A DNA stretch of 64,000 nt from Lama glama (lineage: Eukaryota): assembly GCA_028534125.1 (NCBI GenBank), contig CM052817.1, forward strand, positions 102,550,001 through 102,614,000. The letters are read 5' to 3'. This document shows positions 1 through 13,920 of the stretch, piece after piece. The position numbers were made by a program, and so were the translations under genes. Positions within the stretch are counted from its first letter, which is position 1. Every line of letters begins with the position of its first letter. The notes under the pieces are model-generated. The model was not told the origin of the DNA. It ran no database searches and saw nothing but the letters and a program-made list of their open reading frames with translations.

Positions 1-689
1 GGTGGGTCTTATATTTGATGAGGATTTAGGTTCAGTGGAATATGGTGTAACAGTTGGGGTTTGGTCAGGAAAATAAGAGTCAAAATTCCAAGAATAAAAC
101 ATTTTAATACAGGGAATTAGAAACTTCCACAACCAGTGGAATGGCTACGGGAGTGAAGAGCAGGGAAGTTATCACTGCCAATCTTACCCATCAGTGCTTG
201 AGAGCTCACCTGTAGGTGGCTGTAAGCCTCAGGACCCTCCAAGAAGTTATTGATCACTCCCTCAGACTGAAGCATCTCAGAAAACCACAAGCAGTGATCT
301 CAGATACCTAGAGTACCCAACTGCTTAATTTGAAGATGTGCTTTCCTATGACCCTCTGAGGCTCTTACCCAAGTATTATAAGTATTATAAGAAAGGGATA
401 CGCTCGGGCTAAAATTTGGTTTCCATTGTGTGTTACGTGTATACTGGGAAGAATGTAAATAGCATGTCTAACTTGCTTCCTAATGGATACTTCTCTGGGC
501 CTGAGGAGCCACTCTGGACCAGATGGGGAAGCTGCTAATTACTCAGGGATCCTGAGTTTTGAGCTGGCTGCAGAAACTGGATGGGACTTTGAATATTTTC
601 CCTTGGGAGAAGGGTGGTGTGTTGTATGTGTAGGTAAAATGATGTGTAGGATACTTGGGTGGACAGATGAGCAGACTATAGCCAACTGC

Positions 690-1173
690 AAGTTGCCTCT
701 TTCTTCCCGGATATGTCGTAATCTAGGTAGAGAGAACATCTCCCAGTCTTCCTTGCAGCTAGGTGTGGCCATGTGGCTAACATTGGACCAGGGAGCCATG
801 AGGAGAAGTGATATAATCAACTCATATCCCGTCTCCAGCCCAAGGACCAGTCACTTTGTTCAGGCATCAGTTCTTTTACCCTTGCAGGAACTGGAATACA
901 GACATGCCACGGACCTGGCTATGACCATGAAGACAAGGATGATGAGACCTGGCTATGACCATGAAGACAAGGATGATGCTTTGGGCATGGCCAAGCACAA
1001 GGTACCAGGTACGCGGGTCTCAGAATGTCCATGTGGGAAGAAAGGCCCTGCCAGCCTAGAACAGCTAGACAACAATGGGATAAAGGAGTGAGTAATAATC
1101 TAGCTTATTTAAGCCATTGTATGTTGAGGTCTCTTTGATCCACATCACACTGAAATTATAACCTGACAAATAC
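690..1173 (+). mobile_element. MaLR (MLT1-type) LTR remnant
   Basis: Typical MLT1 blocks 'tcccagtcttccttgcagctaggtgtggccatgtggcta' and 3' end 'tttaagccattgtatgttgaggtctctttg...cctgacaaatac'. Boundaries approximate. Confidence 0.65.
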
Positions 1174-1799
1174 TTACAATGAATGTGACTTAAAGTAATA
1201 TTTGTAGTTATTTTACCAAGCAATAAACTGATCATTTTAAAATGAGCAAATCCAAAGCCTTGTATACCTGAAATTTTCCCATGGCCCTAGGTTTTATAGA
1301 AATTTCTCTAATCCTGTGTTCCCTAAACTCCCAACAGAAGATTAACTCAGAAATGTGAATTTTTTTTTCACAGTATATCTTTACAAACAAGGCCATGGAT
1401 ATTGTAGAAGCTCAATAAACATTCTCTGATTGACTAAAGACGATGCATATGGACCAAATAAGGTGGTGTTTCAAAAGAATGTATATTTTTAATTTCATGG
1501 AAAGAAAGATAACACAATTCTTCAGTTTGGGGTAAAAGTGTTAATTTTGGCCTGGAGTTTGAAATTCCTGACTGAAGTCATTCTTCTAAGCCATAAGTGG
1601 CTTATTTTCTACACTGATGCATGTTGGATTCTATTCTTTCTGCCATAAAGCAGTCTTTGGCCATCATATGCTTTTATAACATCAGATAATCCTGAAATTT
1701 GTTTGCAGATCAGAATTTTGTCTGTGTTGTCTCCCATCATTTATTTTAGTTTTCCTGAGGTGTTTTGTCTTAATTGTAGCTGTTTTAGTGGCTGTCATC

Positions 1800-2100
1800 A
1801 CATTCTTCAGCTTACTTCTCAAGTCCTCTTTCAATGAACACTTTTCTGATCATTCCATTTAAAATCGCACGCCCCTCACCTCTACCTACCTAATCACCTC
1901 TACCTCTATTTTCCATTGTATTTACATCTTCTAACATGCTCTGTCATTTACTTATTGCGTTTGTCTGTTTGTTTATTGTTTATCTCTTCCCACTAGAATA
2001 GAAGGTTCATTCAGGTAGGGAATTTTGTCTGTTTAATTCATTGATGTGTTTTTAGTACCTAGAGTAGGAACACAGTAGATATTGGTTAAATAAATGAACA
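1800..2100 (+). mobile_element. L2 LINE 3' end
   Basis: 'cccactagaatagaaggttcattcaggtagggaattttgtctg...gtacctaga...taaatgaac' resembles the L2 3' terminus. Confidence 0.7.
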
Positions 2101-2759
2101 ATCACCACTTTATTAAAGATAATTTGATTAAATTCTATTTAGACAAACAACTGAACAATCTGTCTGATACAAGAAACCCTAAAACTATGTTCTATTTCAA
2201 AACTTGAATATATATTTTCAGGAAAGATATTGAAACAGCAAAATGAATGAAGTTGGATTTCTTTTCTGCTCCCCTGTATGAATTGTTATTCATTCTGGCT
2301 GAGAAAAAACAAAACAAAACAGTCATTTGCAAGGTTGATCATAGTCTTTCAACCTGTGCTTTTCCCACACAATGTGTCTGCCATCTGAGCATGTTACCCC
2401 ACAGTTCTGTTAAGTTAATAACAGAAGAGTTTTGCACCCCTGTGCTTTGTCAATGCCTTACAGCTGCAGCCAGTTGGTTCTGGTAGGACCAGTGTCACCT
2501 CTAAATGATGAAACCTCCATATCAGGGATTGTTGCATTGTCACCAGGCCTAGGGGGTAATTCAGTCCTGCAAATTAATTTAAGTTCCACCTATAATCAGG
2601 GAAAGGGAGAGAGGGGGCCAAGAAGTAACCATTATTATTGCCTGGATGGTAGGAAGTCATGCCCGTTCCCAGTAACACTTGAGTGCAACGTGATACTGTC
2701 TTATTTTACATCCCTACACCCACTCCCTCGTTTATACCCTCATCTCCTTATACGACCAG

Positions 2760-3000
2760 CCAACGTTTATTCACCATTTATTGGTGGCAGGTACTGTTAC
2801 AAGCACTTTACATTATCTTAATTTTTTTTATAATAAACCCTCCTCAGCAATCTGATGAATTAGATATTTTAATCATCCCTATTTTACGGGGGAAGAAACT
2901 GAGGTGTGGAGACAGTTTGCCCAAGTTCACACGGCCTGAGTATGTGGCAGGGTTGGCATTCACCCCAGGGGTCCTCCACAACACATGCTCTCCAACGCTA
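2760..3000 (-). mobile_element. MIR SINE
   Basis: MIR core 'cctattttacgggggaagaaactgagg...ttgcccaagttcacacggc'. Confidence 0.75.
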
Positions 3001-3779
3001 CCTTAGTGTGAGATGATGATTTGAGTCTCTTGTTCAAAGTTTCCCCAATGCTTGTTGAATTTACGCCTCTTGGCAGTCGGCACTTTCCGTACTCTGGCCC
3101 TCCATTGGCTCTGCCAACATTTACTCTGTTTCACTGAAGGATTTATTGCTGTTTGCCTACTGTGTCAGTGGTGACTTACTTTTTAAACCCTTCATCGGGG
3201 GCAGTGTGGTATGGAGGAGTGTGTTAATTAGTTTTAATCCACATGGGCATTGGGGAGTTGCCCAAGGAGGGAATACACACCCCAAGGGTGGTGGTGTGGC
3301 ATTTAGTCAAAACGACTCTCTCAGAGGAGAGAGCTCCTATGAACTCTTCAACTATTTTAGCTCTAATCAATACTAGATGCTTTGCTGATTAGCAAAGTGA
3401 AGGTTAGAAATTAGTCTTTGCTGGTGAATTTAATTGTTCTCAAGACATGTGGGTTGGCCAGAAATATGGATTAGAGTATAAGATTCCAGAAGGCCCAGTA
3501 GTGTGCACCCTTTGTACTGAAAATTAAGAAAACTTCCCATTTCAGGACTCCAAAAAAAAAATTGACATTCTTCTCAGTGTGAGCTTGGGCCATCCATGTG
3601 AAGAAGTAAGTATGAAGAAGAAGTTAGTTGTGTATTTGTCTCTGAAGAAGTTCCACTAGCAGCTTTGAGGGGGAGAGCAACGGAAAATGGTAAAAGTCTT
3701 TGCCAAGTATCTGTAAGAAGGTAGTACAAGATTTTGGAAATGAACTGTCAATCAGATAATCTCCAGGGTGCCAAGGTCA

Positions 3780-4680
3780 TGTACCCACCTATTGACCCTG
3801 TATCTCCACTTGGCTGTTTCCTAGCTTGCTAAAACTTGGTATATTGAGTGGAATTCTTGATTTTTTCTCATCTCAAATCTTCTCCTCCTCAGTAAGTGAC
3901 ACCACCATTCACTCAGTTGTTAGGCCAAAACCCCCTGCACGTATCCCCCATATGGGATTGTAAGTATTCCAAATGGTCATTCCTCATCACGGCCACTGCT
4001 TCTCCCCAGACCCAAGCCAACATCTGAACATAGCCTCCTAACTGCTTCCATTCCTACCTTCCCCTCAATCTATCTCAGTCTATCCTCTCTCCATACAACA
4101 TTCAAGATGCTCTTTCAAAGCACTATGTAGACTACATACACTTGTTCAAATTTTTTAATGGTCTTTGGTTATTATTAGGATAAGACAGACATTTATTACC
4201 TTGACCAAGATGGGGCCACGCATAACCTTGTCTCTCCTGCTCCTCAAACTCCGTATCCTTAACTCTCTCCCTCACTCTTTCTGTGCCAGCTACAGTTACC
4301 TCCTTCCTGGTCCTTGAACCCTCCACATTTATACCTGATGGAAGGTTTTTACATTTGCTGTTCCCTGGAATTCCTCTCCTTCCAGATTGTTGCTTTGTGG
4401 ATTCTTCTTGTCATTTAGACTGACTTTCTCTTTGACTTCCTTGTTTATAATAACTATTGGCCAATCACTCTCCTTTCCATCACCCTTCTTAATTTTCTCC
4501 ATAGTGTTGGTCACTATGAAACTGTTCTCTTTATTCATTTGCTTGCTTATTTTGTCTCCCTCAAGTAGAACACAAGCTTCATAAGAGCTGTGATGTTTTT
4601 CTGTACTATTCTCTACCATACCTTGACATCTAGAACAGAATAGGGCATATAATGGATTCTCAGTAAATATTTATTAGATA
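3780..4680 (+). mobile_element. L2 LINE fragment
   Basis: Pyrimidine-rich L2 body 'gacaccaccattcactcagttgttaggccaaaacc' ending in 'ctcagtaaatatttatt'. Confidence 0.7.
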
Positions 4681-5024
4681 ATCTCAGCATATTAAAAATA
4701 GGAAAAATGTATTGGTTCTGGGGTAATCATACAGTGATGTAAATAGAATATTTCACCATCATTGCATTGTATTCATAAACCAAATTATATGGTTTGATTT
4801 TATTTTTACATAGCCTTATCATACATGATAAATATTTTTAAAAATATGATAAAAGAAAATGTGGAAAGAGGAAAGGACATTTCAAATGCTTATTTCCCCT
4901 TTCTTCATTTTTTTATAGTTAAATATTTAACAATTATTCTCTGGATTATTCATCTATAAAATAGGTGATTAATGTGGAAACTATCTTACAGTTTTTTTAT
5001 GGCAAAGTTGTATTTGACTGATCC

Positions 5025-5358
5025 ACTGTTATTTGGCCCTCTGTATCTGCTGGTTCTGCATCCACCTACTGATTCAACCAACTGCAGATAGAAAATATTT
5101 GGAAAAAAGTTCCAGAAAGTTCCAAAAAGCAAAACTTGAATATGCTGCATGCCAGAAACTATTTATATAGCATTTATGTGATGTTAGGTATTGTAAGTAA
5201 TCTGGAGATTTAGTGCATGGATTTACTGGAAGATGCACTTAGGTTACATGCAAATACTCTGCCATTTTTATATGTATAAGGACCTTGAGCACCTGTGGAT
5301 TTTGGTATCTGCAGGGGTCCTGGAACCAATCCCCCATGGATACCACGGGAAGACTATA
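5025..5358. mobile_element. Tigger-family (TcMar, Tigger3/MER2 group) non-autonomous DNA transposon
   Basis: 'ggccctctgtatctgctggttctgcatcc...gattcaaccaactgcagatagaaaatatttgg' and 'gtcctggaaccaatcccccatggataccacgggaagacta' with imperfect terminal inverted repeats. Confidence 0.75.
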
Positions 5359-5899
5359 TTCTTTTCTTTTCAGAGGGCTATAAATCATCAAATCAAATCT
5401 AATGATATTGGAAGCCCTGGTTTAAAGCACACCTTTAAGAATATTCTAGTTAATTTAAGGGAACAGAAGAAGGTCACATAACATCCAGTAAACCTTTGAC
5501 ATTCAGCTGTGCTGCAGGTTCTGTAAATCAGTGTTACATTTCCCAATCAGGTCACTCTGACATCAATCGAAGAAAATAAAATTCAATGGTAATGTATGTA
5601 TTAACGATTAAAAAAATGGTAAGTCCTTCCCAATTTTAGCAAGTGATGTTTTGGTTTACATTTCATGATTTTATAAATGTACAACATTATTAAATGTTCT
5701 TATATTTAGAGTTCAGGTGATGTACTAAAGAAACTTAATCAAGGCTCTGATCAGTCATATGTTTGTGAAGTTGAGTTCCTTTTTGGCTGTGATTTTTCCC
5801 ATATGGAAGCTGTAGGGCAGAGGAGGGGGGTAGACAGCAGCAAAAATCAGCCTTCATCTTGACCTGAGGATAAAATACATACAGCAGTAAGTATCATCC

Positions 5900-6520
5900 A
5901 AGGGAAATGAGTACGAAAAGTTCCCACGGGATTTCCAAGAGGGGAGATTGTGTTTCTGGCTGTGAGAAGGGAAAAGAATCTAAGAGACTAACAGGACAGG
6001 TGATTTGTAATTTGCTCCTAGGGAGATGGAGGAGGGAAATTCCAGGTGCAAAGACGTATAGCCTTAGGTGTTTGCAAGGAAGGTGGGCTCTTTCAGGAGT
6101 GGACTCAGGCCAGACAGTAGAGGGACTTGACGATCGCAGAGAGGAGTTTGAATTTTGGTAGCTTATGTGGGACAGGGAAAGGTGAGTGGCGTGATGGAAA
6201 GTATGCTTTGGGAAGATGATTAGGGCAGCAGGAGGATAGAAGAAAAAATCTCTGGGGGTGAAATTGTTAGAAAACTCTGTGATGGTCCAAGTGATGGACT
6301 GTGCAGGTAGAAATAATAGAGCACTGAGGGGCTGGAGAAGAGAGGAAAGACTTGAGATATGTGCAAAGGTTGAAGTCGAAGATGGGAAAACTAATTTGAT
6401 GTGGAGAAGGAGAATCCGTTCAGTTTTAGCAATGTTGAATTTGAGGCCTCTGAACTACCCCTACGTGAAGCTGTCTAATGGGCAGTTGCAATAATAGAAT
6501 TCAGATCTGCCTGAAAGTTC
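5900..6520 (-). mobile_element. L2 LINE fragment
   Basis: Purine-rich L2-type blocks 'gaggagtttgaattttgg' and 'ttcagttttagcaatgttgaatttgagg'. Confidence 0.55.
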
Positions 6521-6944
6521 AGAGATGGAATGGGGGTCTTTGTGTGTGTCTTGGGGGGGTAATTCAAAAGTACAAGCGCATAAAATCTAGGTTCTTGGGG
6601 CTTCAGATTCAACCACAACAATTCTCCAAGTTGCTCCATCAAAATTTCAAAGAAAGAAAAAGCCCTTCCAATGAAAATACATGCAAAGCTCACGTTTGGA
6701 TCCCCTATTTCTCTTTTTATTATTCTTTTTTTTTATTGAAGTATAATCAGTTACAGTGTGTCAATTTCTGCACAATAGATCCGCTATTTCTTGTGACTGC
6801 CTCATTGCCTCTACACTCTCTGAAAAGGGGACAGCAAAGCAAAAACACCAGTGACTGGAAACAGCCCCAAAGCACATCTCTCCTGCAGGACAGAGACCAC
6901 GTGACTTGAACCAGTGTGTGTGTCCACTGAGACAAAATGCAGAA

Positions 6945-7075
6945 TTCAAGTCATAGGATGGTGAATGTCAAAAGGGTTGAGAGAGCATCTGCTTACTCTC
7001 CACTATTTTATGATGAAAGAGACTGAGACCTACAGAGGGTAAGTGACTTGCTCACGGTCACAGACTTAGCTATTG
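6945..7075 (-). mobile_element. MIR SINE
   Basis: 'gatgaaagagactgagacctacagagggtaagtgacttgctcacggtcacag'. Confidence 0.7.
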
Positions 7076-8049
7076 ACATACATGGGACTGCAAAACTCAT
7101 TGGGTGTCTCTGAGTGCAGTGGGCTTTTTATTGTTTTGCAATGAAAGAAAATGGGATCTATGACCACAGAGGAAGAAATCATATGTAATATGCTTGCTTT
7201 AATTTTTGCAGCCTTAATCGCTCTATTAAAACAAAAGCCAGGGTACAAATATGGGAGAGGTGTGCTGTAGTGTCAGCCTTTCACACAGTCCTCTCTATTA
7301 GAGAAAACAATAAAGGCCATATGCCTTTAGTGAAAACCTGTAGATTTGATGATTTCAGAGTAAAATGGGATTTTCCAAACCACTAACAGTGAAAAGAACC
7401 TTAAAAGCATATGTATTCCTTTTGCCTCTACAGATGGCCTGGTACCACATGTATCTGAACAGGTAAATGTTCTGTTTCTGCAGTCACCATCACTGTTCTG
7501 GCCAGAACTGAGGATAATGGGCAATTCTTCAAAGATGAGGTATTTTAGTTCAAATGGAAAGTTGTTCCTCGGTTCAATAGATCGATCTGAGAAACCGGAC
7601 TGAAAGTTTGTGCCAGGGAGCACAGTCAGCACCCAGGGTGGTAGGTAAGTTTCCCACCCACTCCTGCTCTCCGGGAGAGGTGGCTCAGGAGGCGTGCAGC
7701 TCTTAGCACCGCGTGCAATGTGTTCTGTGACAAACCTGCTATTTCTTCCCTCTGGTGACCAAAGACTGAGTTTTTAAAATTGAATTCATGTCAGTGTGAC
7801 CCCCAAATCTTTGAGTATTATTAGACTTTGAGTCTCCTTTAAAGAGAGCATTAAACAAAACAAATTTTACCCCAGCCTTACTGCTCTCTCAACGTAATTA
7901 TTAATAAACTTAGAAATATTTTATTGGAGTGTAGGTGGGAGATTCACATTCTAATTTTTTTCTCCCGAAGTCTTTCCTATATTTAAAAGTTCTCAAATAC
8001 ATTCTGCCTCTCAGGAGGACAAGCACAATAGATAATTAAAAAAAAAACA

Positions 8050-8555
8050 GGTTCATTAAGATGAAAGTCACTCTTCTGGGTGTGCAACATAGGGATTTTA
8101 GTATATTCACAAAGTTGTGCATCCATCATGACTAAAAAATTCTAGAATATTTCTATCGCACCAAAAAAAATCCTGTACCTGCTACCAGTCACTCCCCATT
8201 CCTCCCTTCCACCCCTGGCAACTGCTAAAGGACTTTCTGTCTTTATATTTTTGCCTGTTCTGGGACATGTCATATAAATAATACAGCATATGTGACCTTC
8301 TGTGTCTGGCTTCCTTTGCTTAGCATGTTTCCAAGGTTTATCAATGTAGCATTTGTAACAACTTCATTTCTTTTTATAACAGAATTGTATCCCATTGGGT
8401 GAATATATTCCATTTGGTTTATCCATTAATCAATTGATGGACAATTTGTGTTTTCTTACTTTTGGCTGTAATAAATAGTGCTGCTGTGAATACTCACATA
8501 CAAGTTTTTGTTTTTATGTGTGTTTTCAATTCTCCACCTAGGAGTGGATTGCTTT
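8050..8555 (-). mobile_element. Old L1 (L1M-type) 3' fragment
   Basis: 'gtatattcacaaagttgtgcatccatc', 'ttctgtgtctggcttcctttgcttagcatg', 'ctaggagtggattgct' are L1M 3' UTR motifs. Confidence 0.8.
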
Positions 8556-8894
8556 TTAATGGTGCTGACCAGTCTTTGGCATAACTGATTTGCAGGGTAA
8601 CCGGAAGTTGGTTGCAGATACTCTATTTCTAAAAGGAACATATGCTTTTATTTTATTGCAAATGAAATCCATTTCCTTGAAATCTGTTTCAGTGACATTT
8701 AGTTCTTCTAAACAAGGTAAGTGTTTTATGATGGACATGAGTGTAAAACTTCATATGTGAAAGTGACTCAAGTGTGTTGGTTTTTATAAGCTAAGAAGTT
8801 GAAAAAAAATTAATTAAGTCCATAAACCAGGGATGATTAAAATACTGATTACCAGCTATAATTTCTTAATCACAATTTCTCCTGGTTGAGTGCT

Positions 8895-9489
8895 GTGATG
8901 GTTAATTTTATGTGCCACCTTGACTGGGTCATAGGTTGCCCAGGTTCTGGTCAAACATTATTCTGGGTGTTTCTGTGAAGGTGTTTTAGGTTGAGATTAA
9001 CATTTATACTGGTTGTCTAAGTAAAGCAGATTGCCCTCCCTAATGTGTGTGGGCCTCATCCAATCAGTTGAAGGCATGAAAAAAACAAGAATGCTGGCCT
9101 GCCCCCAGATAAGGGAGAATTCCTTGTGCCTGACTGCCTTTGAACTGGGATGTTACATTTTCCATGTGTTTGGACTCAGACTGAAGCAGTGGCTCTTCCT
9201 GGGCCTTGAGCCTGCCAGCCTTCAGAATGCAACTGCACCATCACCTCTCCTGGGTCTCCAGCTCACCAACTGGCCCTGCAGATCCTGGGACTTGTCAGCT
9301 ACCATAATCAAGTGACCAATTCCTTATAATAAATCTCTCTCTATATACATGTATCTATAGCAATATTAACATCTCTAGAGACCTCTATCTATTTTTAATC
9401 TATATCTATATCTACATATATATGTGTATATATATATATATATACACAGAACTATTGGTTCTGCTTCCTGGAGAACGCTGACTAATACA
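8895..9489 (+). mobile_element. MLT2 (ERVL) solo LTR with internal TA-rich microsatellite
   Basis: Starts 'tgtgatggttaattttatgtgccaccttgactggg' and ends 'ctattggttctgcttcctggagaacgctgactaataca'. Confidence 0.9.
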
Positions 9490-11229
9490 AATCCCAAGAT
9501 ATCTTCCTCATCTACTTCCTTCTCATTGCCAGGGCCAACAGAGGGTAGACATGGGGAGCAGAGAGTGGGATGTCCTCTCTTTGGTCTCCTGTTGTTTCTC
9601 TCTACTTTGTGGATCTTTGATTTTAATATGAGGAGGCCCAGGTGAGACGGAATTAATGTGCTGGCCAAAGAGTTTTGGAAAGAGAAGTTTAGCAGGGGGA
9701 GATGTTTCAAGCTACTGGGTGCCCGCCTGCATAGAGAGTTGATTATCAGATTCTTATCTTTGTGTTTTATTTGTTGACTTCTCTGATAGATTTAACTTGT
9801 AGGTTTTGTACAGTTGCTAATTGTTTAATAATTAACTTATAATTGTTGATCATTTCATAATTATTTACCACATCATTTCAATGTCTAAAATTTAGATTAG
9901 GGATGAAAATTAAGCCATCACTGTATTCTGTCTGCCTTTAGGGTTTATTTCTTGTTAACACTTATCACCCCTTTTTACTGGGAGTAAAATTTTCCTGAGA
10001 GAATCCCAGGCAGAGGACACCCAGCTTTAGCTCTGCTGACCCCAAGACTTGTTTCCTTTCTTACTCTAAAAGATGACTCAGGCACTCTGGTCCTTAGTCT
10101 TCATCCTCTCAGGTTTGTTCTGCTTAACAAGTAAATATGTATGGGGCATCTACTATGCATTAGGCACAGAGCTAGGCTTTAAAAGCTAACATCCTAGTAA
10201 GGGAGACAGACTTGTGAGCAAGGACAGTTCAGTAAGTGTTGGCCAGTTCTCTGAGAGTTGCAAGCACAGACAGGTCCACTCATAACACTTGCAGGGCCTG
10301 GAATAAGAATGAAGCCCATATTCCACACATCCAAAGATTTGAAAGTTGTGAATCTAATTAACAGACCATTGCTAAATGAGATATGTACTATCCTTCTCCC
10401 ATGATAGATATGCCTGTATGGCCAGATTTGAATTTAGAATTATGGTTCCTTGGAGTTCCACATAGAAGCATGGCACTGAAGGAAAGCCAGTCCCTGACCT
10501 GCAGCCCAATCCCTTCTCTTTCCATTCCTGGTTACCCAACATGGGAGGGAGAATTGCAAACATGTTTGTGGACACCTGAGCCCACATGTGCAGGATACAT
10601 CCACATGGACACAAACGGCTGGCCTTGACCACCTCTAAGCCTACTGGTGCACACTCCAAGGCCTGGGAAGTGGGCTCTGGACCATTTGTTTGGAGAATTC
10701 TGGGCCCAGGGAACCTAAAGCAAAATCTGGAAGGGATGAGTGGGGCTCTGGTGAGCATCTCCCCTTGAGCCTGAGGAGTCCTCCATGGGGAGGAGTATCA
10801 GGGCCCTGGAGCAGGGATTTCCTGGCATGGAGCACAGGTGAGGATAGATACTGAGCACAAGGTACAATGGGAGGGTAGAGAAGGACACGTAGCAAAAAAA
10901 AAAAAAGTCAAAGAAAACTTCGGAGAAGAAATAATATCTGAGCGACAACGTTGAAGGGAAAGCTAGCCATATAAACCAAGGTGGGCATGCCATTATAAGC
11001 AGAGCAATCACAGAGGCTCATTTGCAGAGACGGGACACAGCACAATGTCACCGCATGGAGAATGAGGAGGGTGCATTCCTGTTTTTTCAGAGTGTGAATC
11101 CATAGGAACCAATGCCTAATAATGGTCTATTATTTGAATTTATAAATTCAGACTGATAATCATATAGGCTCAAACATATCCTAAGAAGAATGGAAAGAAA
11201 ATCTTCATTTTCTTGCTCCCCTCTCCCAC

Positions 11230-13830
11230 ATAATGATTTTGATGTTTTCTTTTACATCTTCATGTTTATTCTCTTGCTATTCATCATAGTCATCACATTT
11301 CCAGTTGTGGTTTTCTCTTTTCTGTAGACTCCTGCTTCTTTAGAGTAGACCTTTCAATAGTTTTTTTTTTTATAGGATAGGTTTAGTATTGCTGTATTCT
11401 TTTAGCTTTTACTTGTATGTGAGATTTTTTTATCTCACCTTCTAATCTAAATGGTGATCTTGCTGAACAGAGTATTCTGGGTTGCAGGTTTTTCTCATTC
11501 AGGACTTTGAATATACTTTGCCACTCCCTTCTGGCCAGCAATGTTTCTGTAGAGAACTCATTTGAGAGCCTATAGGGGTTCTCTTACATCTAACTCTTTG
11601 TTTTTCTCTTGCTGCCCTCTTTAGAATCATTCCTTTAACTTTGGCCATCTTAATTATAATATGTCTTGGTGTAGGTCTGTTTGAGTTCATCATGTGTGGA
11701 ATCCTCTAGGCTTCCTGTATTTGGATATCTGTTTCCATCTTTAGGTTTGGGAAGTTTTCAGTTATGATTTCTTCAAATACCTTATTAAGCCCCTTTTTTC
11801 TTTCTTCTCCTTCTTGGACCCGTGTTATATGTGGGTTGGCATGCTTTATGTTACCCCATGGGTCCCTTATATTGTTTTCATTGACTTCCATTTGCTTTTC
11901 TGTCTGCTGTTTTGTTTGGGTGATTTTCAATATCCAGCCTTCTAAATCACTAATTTTTTCTGCTGCATTATTTAGTCTGCTAGACTGCCTTGAGCTTAGC
12001 TTTTATCTCAGCAATTGAGTTTCCTGCTTTTAATTGGCTCCTCTTTATAGTTTCTATTTTCTTTTTATAGTATTCTGCATTTCTACTGATAACCACTCTA
12101 TTTCCTTCAGGGCTTTGATCACTCCCTTTTTGAAGCCGATCTAGTAGACTGTCGAGTTCTATTTCATTGTTCATTCTTTCAGAGGACTTCTCTTGTTCTT
12201 TTAACTGGGAGTGGTTCCTCTGCTTCTTCATTTTACTTTATTTCTCTGACTATAAATTTAGGAGTAACAGTTATCTCCTGCATTGTTAAAGGTCTTTTCT
12301 TTTAATTTACTATTTTTTTTTAGCGTGAGAGCATTCCTGTGTAGACTTTGCACACGTCTAATATTTTTGTCATGAGTATTGATGGTTGCCATGTATTTCC
12401 TGCACGTACGCTGGCTGTAATACCCCTGATTTGAGGTGTGGTTGGTGTTATGGTGATCAGAGCCTGCACTGGTTTTTGAGCGGGGCCTCTTCTTTGCTCT
12501 GTGGTTGTCCCAGCCCTGTCAGTGGCCGGATCTGCTCCCCTGTTGTTGACAGAGGCTTCCAGATGTGTATCTGAGCTGCAGAATGTTAGGCAGGATTAGG
12601 GTGCTTCCCCGGGGAGAGGAGCCACTGAGTGTTACTCCACAGGAGACGTCCACCAAAAACCGCCCTCACTGTGCAGGCTTACAAAGTACACTTTGTTGGT
12701 GTTGCCCTTGTCCCCACCTCAGCTGCAGGAATGTTGGCAGCCCACCCTGGTGTCCCCCAGGTTCCGCACCCACAGAGCCACCAGTGCAGATTTGCTAATG
12801 TCAGGCACTAGGACCAGCCTTAGTGTGCTTGCAGGCACACACCTGGGTACAGTGTGAGCCACAGGGTCAGCCCAGACCCCGGCCCAGGGTCTGGGTCTGC
12901 AGGCCCACAGTTAACGCCAGTCCTGCCCTAACTGCATGCCAGAACTCTGTTCAGTCGTCTTACAGATGCAGGTCCACAAAGGCACCAGTGGAGCAAATCT
13001 GCCACTGCCACCTGGGGTTCAAATCAAATGTCAGTCCCACCTGTGACATATGAGACTCCTAGGAATGGATCCAAGTTTCAGCCCTGCCTCTGCCCAGGAG
13101 CCGTGCCCCGGTGATTGTGCCCCTCCAGAGCAAGCTGAGAGGCTGCCGGCTTCGAGCCGCACGCTTCTGCTCAGGACAATGCACACCAACAATGGTGCTG
13201 AGCAGTGCCCTCTGGGCTGGTGGGGACACTGCTCTGGCTGGTCTGCACGGTGCCCCTCCGCCTCCATGCACCGGCAGTACTGCGTTCTGTGGGGGCACCC
13301 CGGCTGCTCCACTCTGCACACACTCCCAGCACATCCTCACCACACTCCAGCCCCCTGACGCCGCCTCTGTGCTGTCAGCCCCAGTCCCCTCCCGGGGCTG
13401 TCCACAGGACCCCGAGCTCCAGCAGCCGGTCCAGGCTGGTGTCTCAGGCTAGAGATCGCAGGGACCCTCTGTGCTGGTTTCTCTCAGTTCTGTCTGCCAC
13501 ATGGCTGCTTCTTTCTCCTCTGAGCCTCTGAAGCTCCCTTTCTGTGCCAGCTGACCTCCCAGCTGGGAGGGCCCTTCCCGGGGTGAGGGTACTTTCCCAC
13601 CTTTGCCACTCTTTCCCCAGGGGACAGGTCCCGTGCTAATTTTCTCCTACTTTTTCTTTCTTTTCTTTTTCTACCCAGTTTTGTGAGGCTTTCCGAGCAT
13701 AAGAGGTATTTTGCCAAAGTTCAGTAGGTGCTCTGTAAGGTTTGTTCCATACGTAGAGGTAGTTTTTGCTGTATTTGTGGGAGAGGGTACGCACCGGGTC
13801 CTTCCCCTCTGCCATCTTGGCAGTCCCGCT
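11230..13830 (-). mobile_element. L1 5' portion: GC-rich 5' UTR plus decayed ORF1, no ORF2
   Basis: Minus-strand ORF1-like peptides 'RPTPRHIIIKMAKVK', 'VFEEIITENFPNLKMETDIQIQEA', 'MKKQRNHSQLKEQEKS'. CpG-rich 5' UTR at about 12500-13830, beginning '...ccaagatggcag' on the minus strand. Confidence 0.9.
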
Positions 13831-13920
13831 AGGAAGACTGATCACAGCTGCAACTTTAAATGTATTTGTATGATTTTTGGTTAGTGTCTCTCTGTCTCTG
13901 AGCGCCAGCAGAGAAGGACT

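Noticed and set aside
483..1091. 202-aa ORF
   Set aside because: Overlaps an MLT1 LTR and a tandem duplication. No protein-family resemblance.
12386..13845. Dense overlapping GC-rich ORFs and CpG-island-like tract
   Set aside because: Explained by the L1 5' UTR, not a host promoter or gene.
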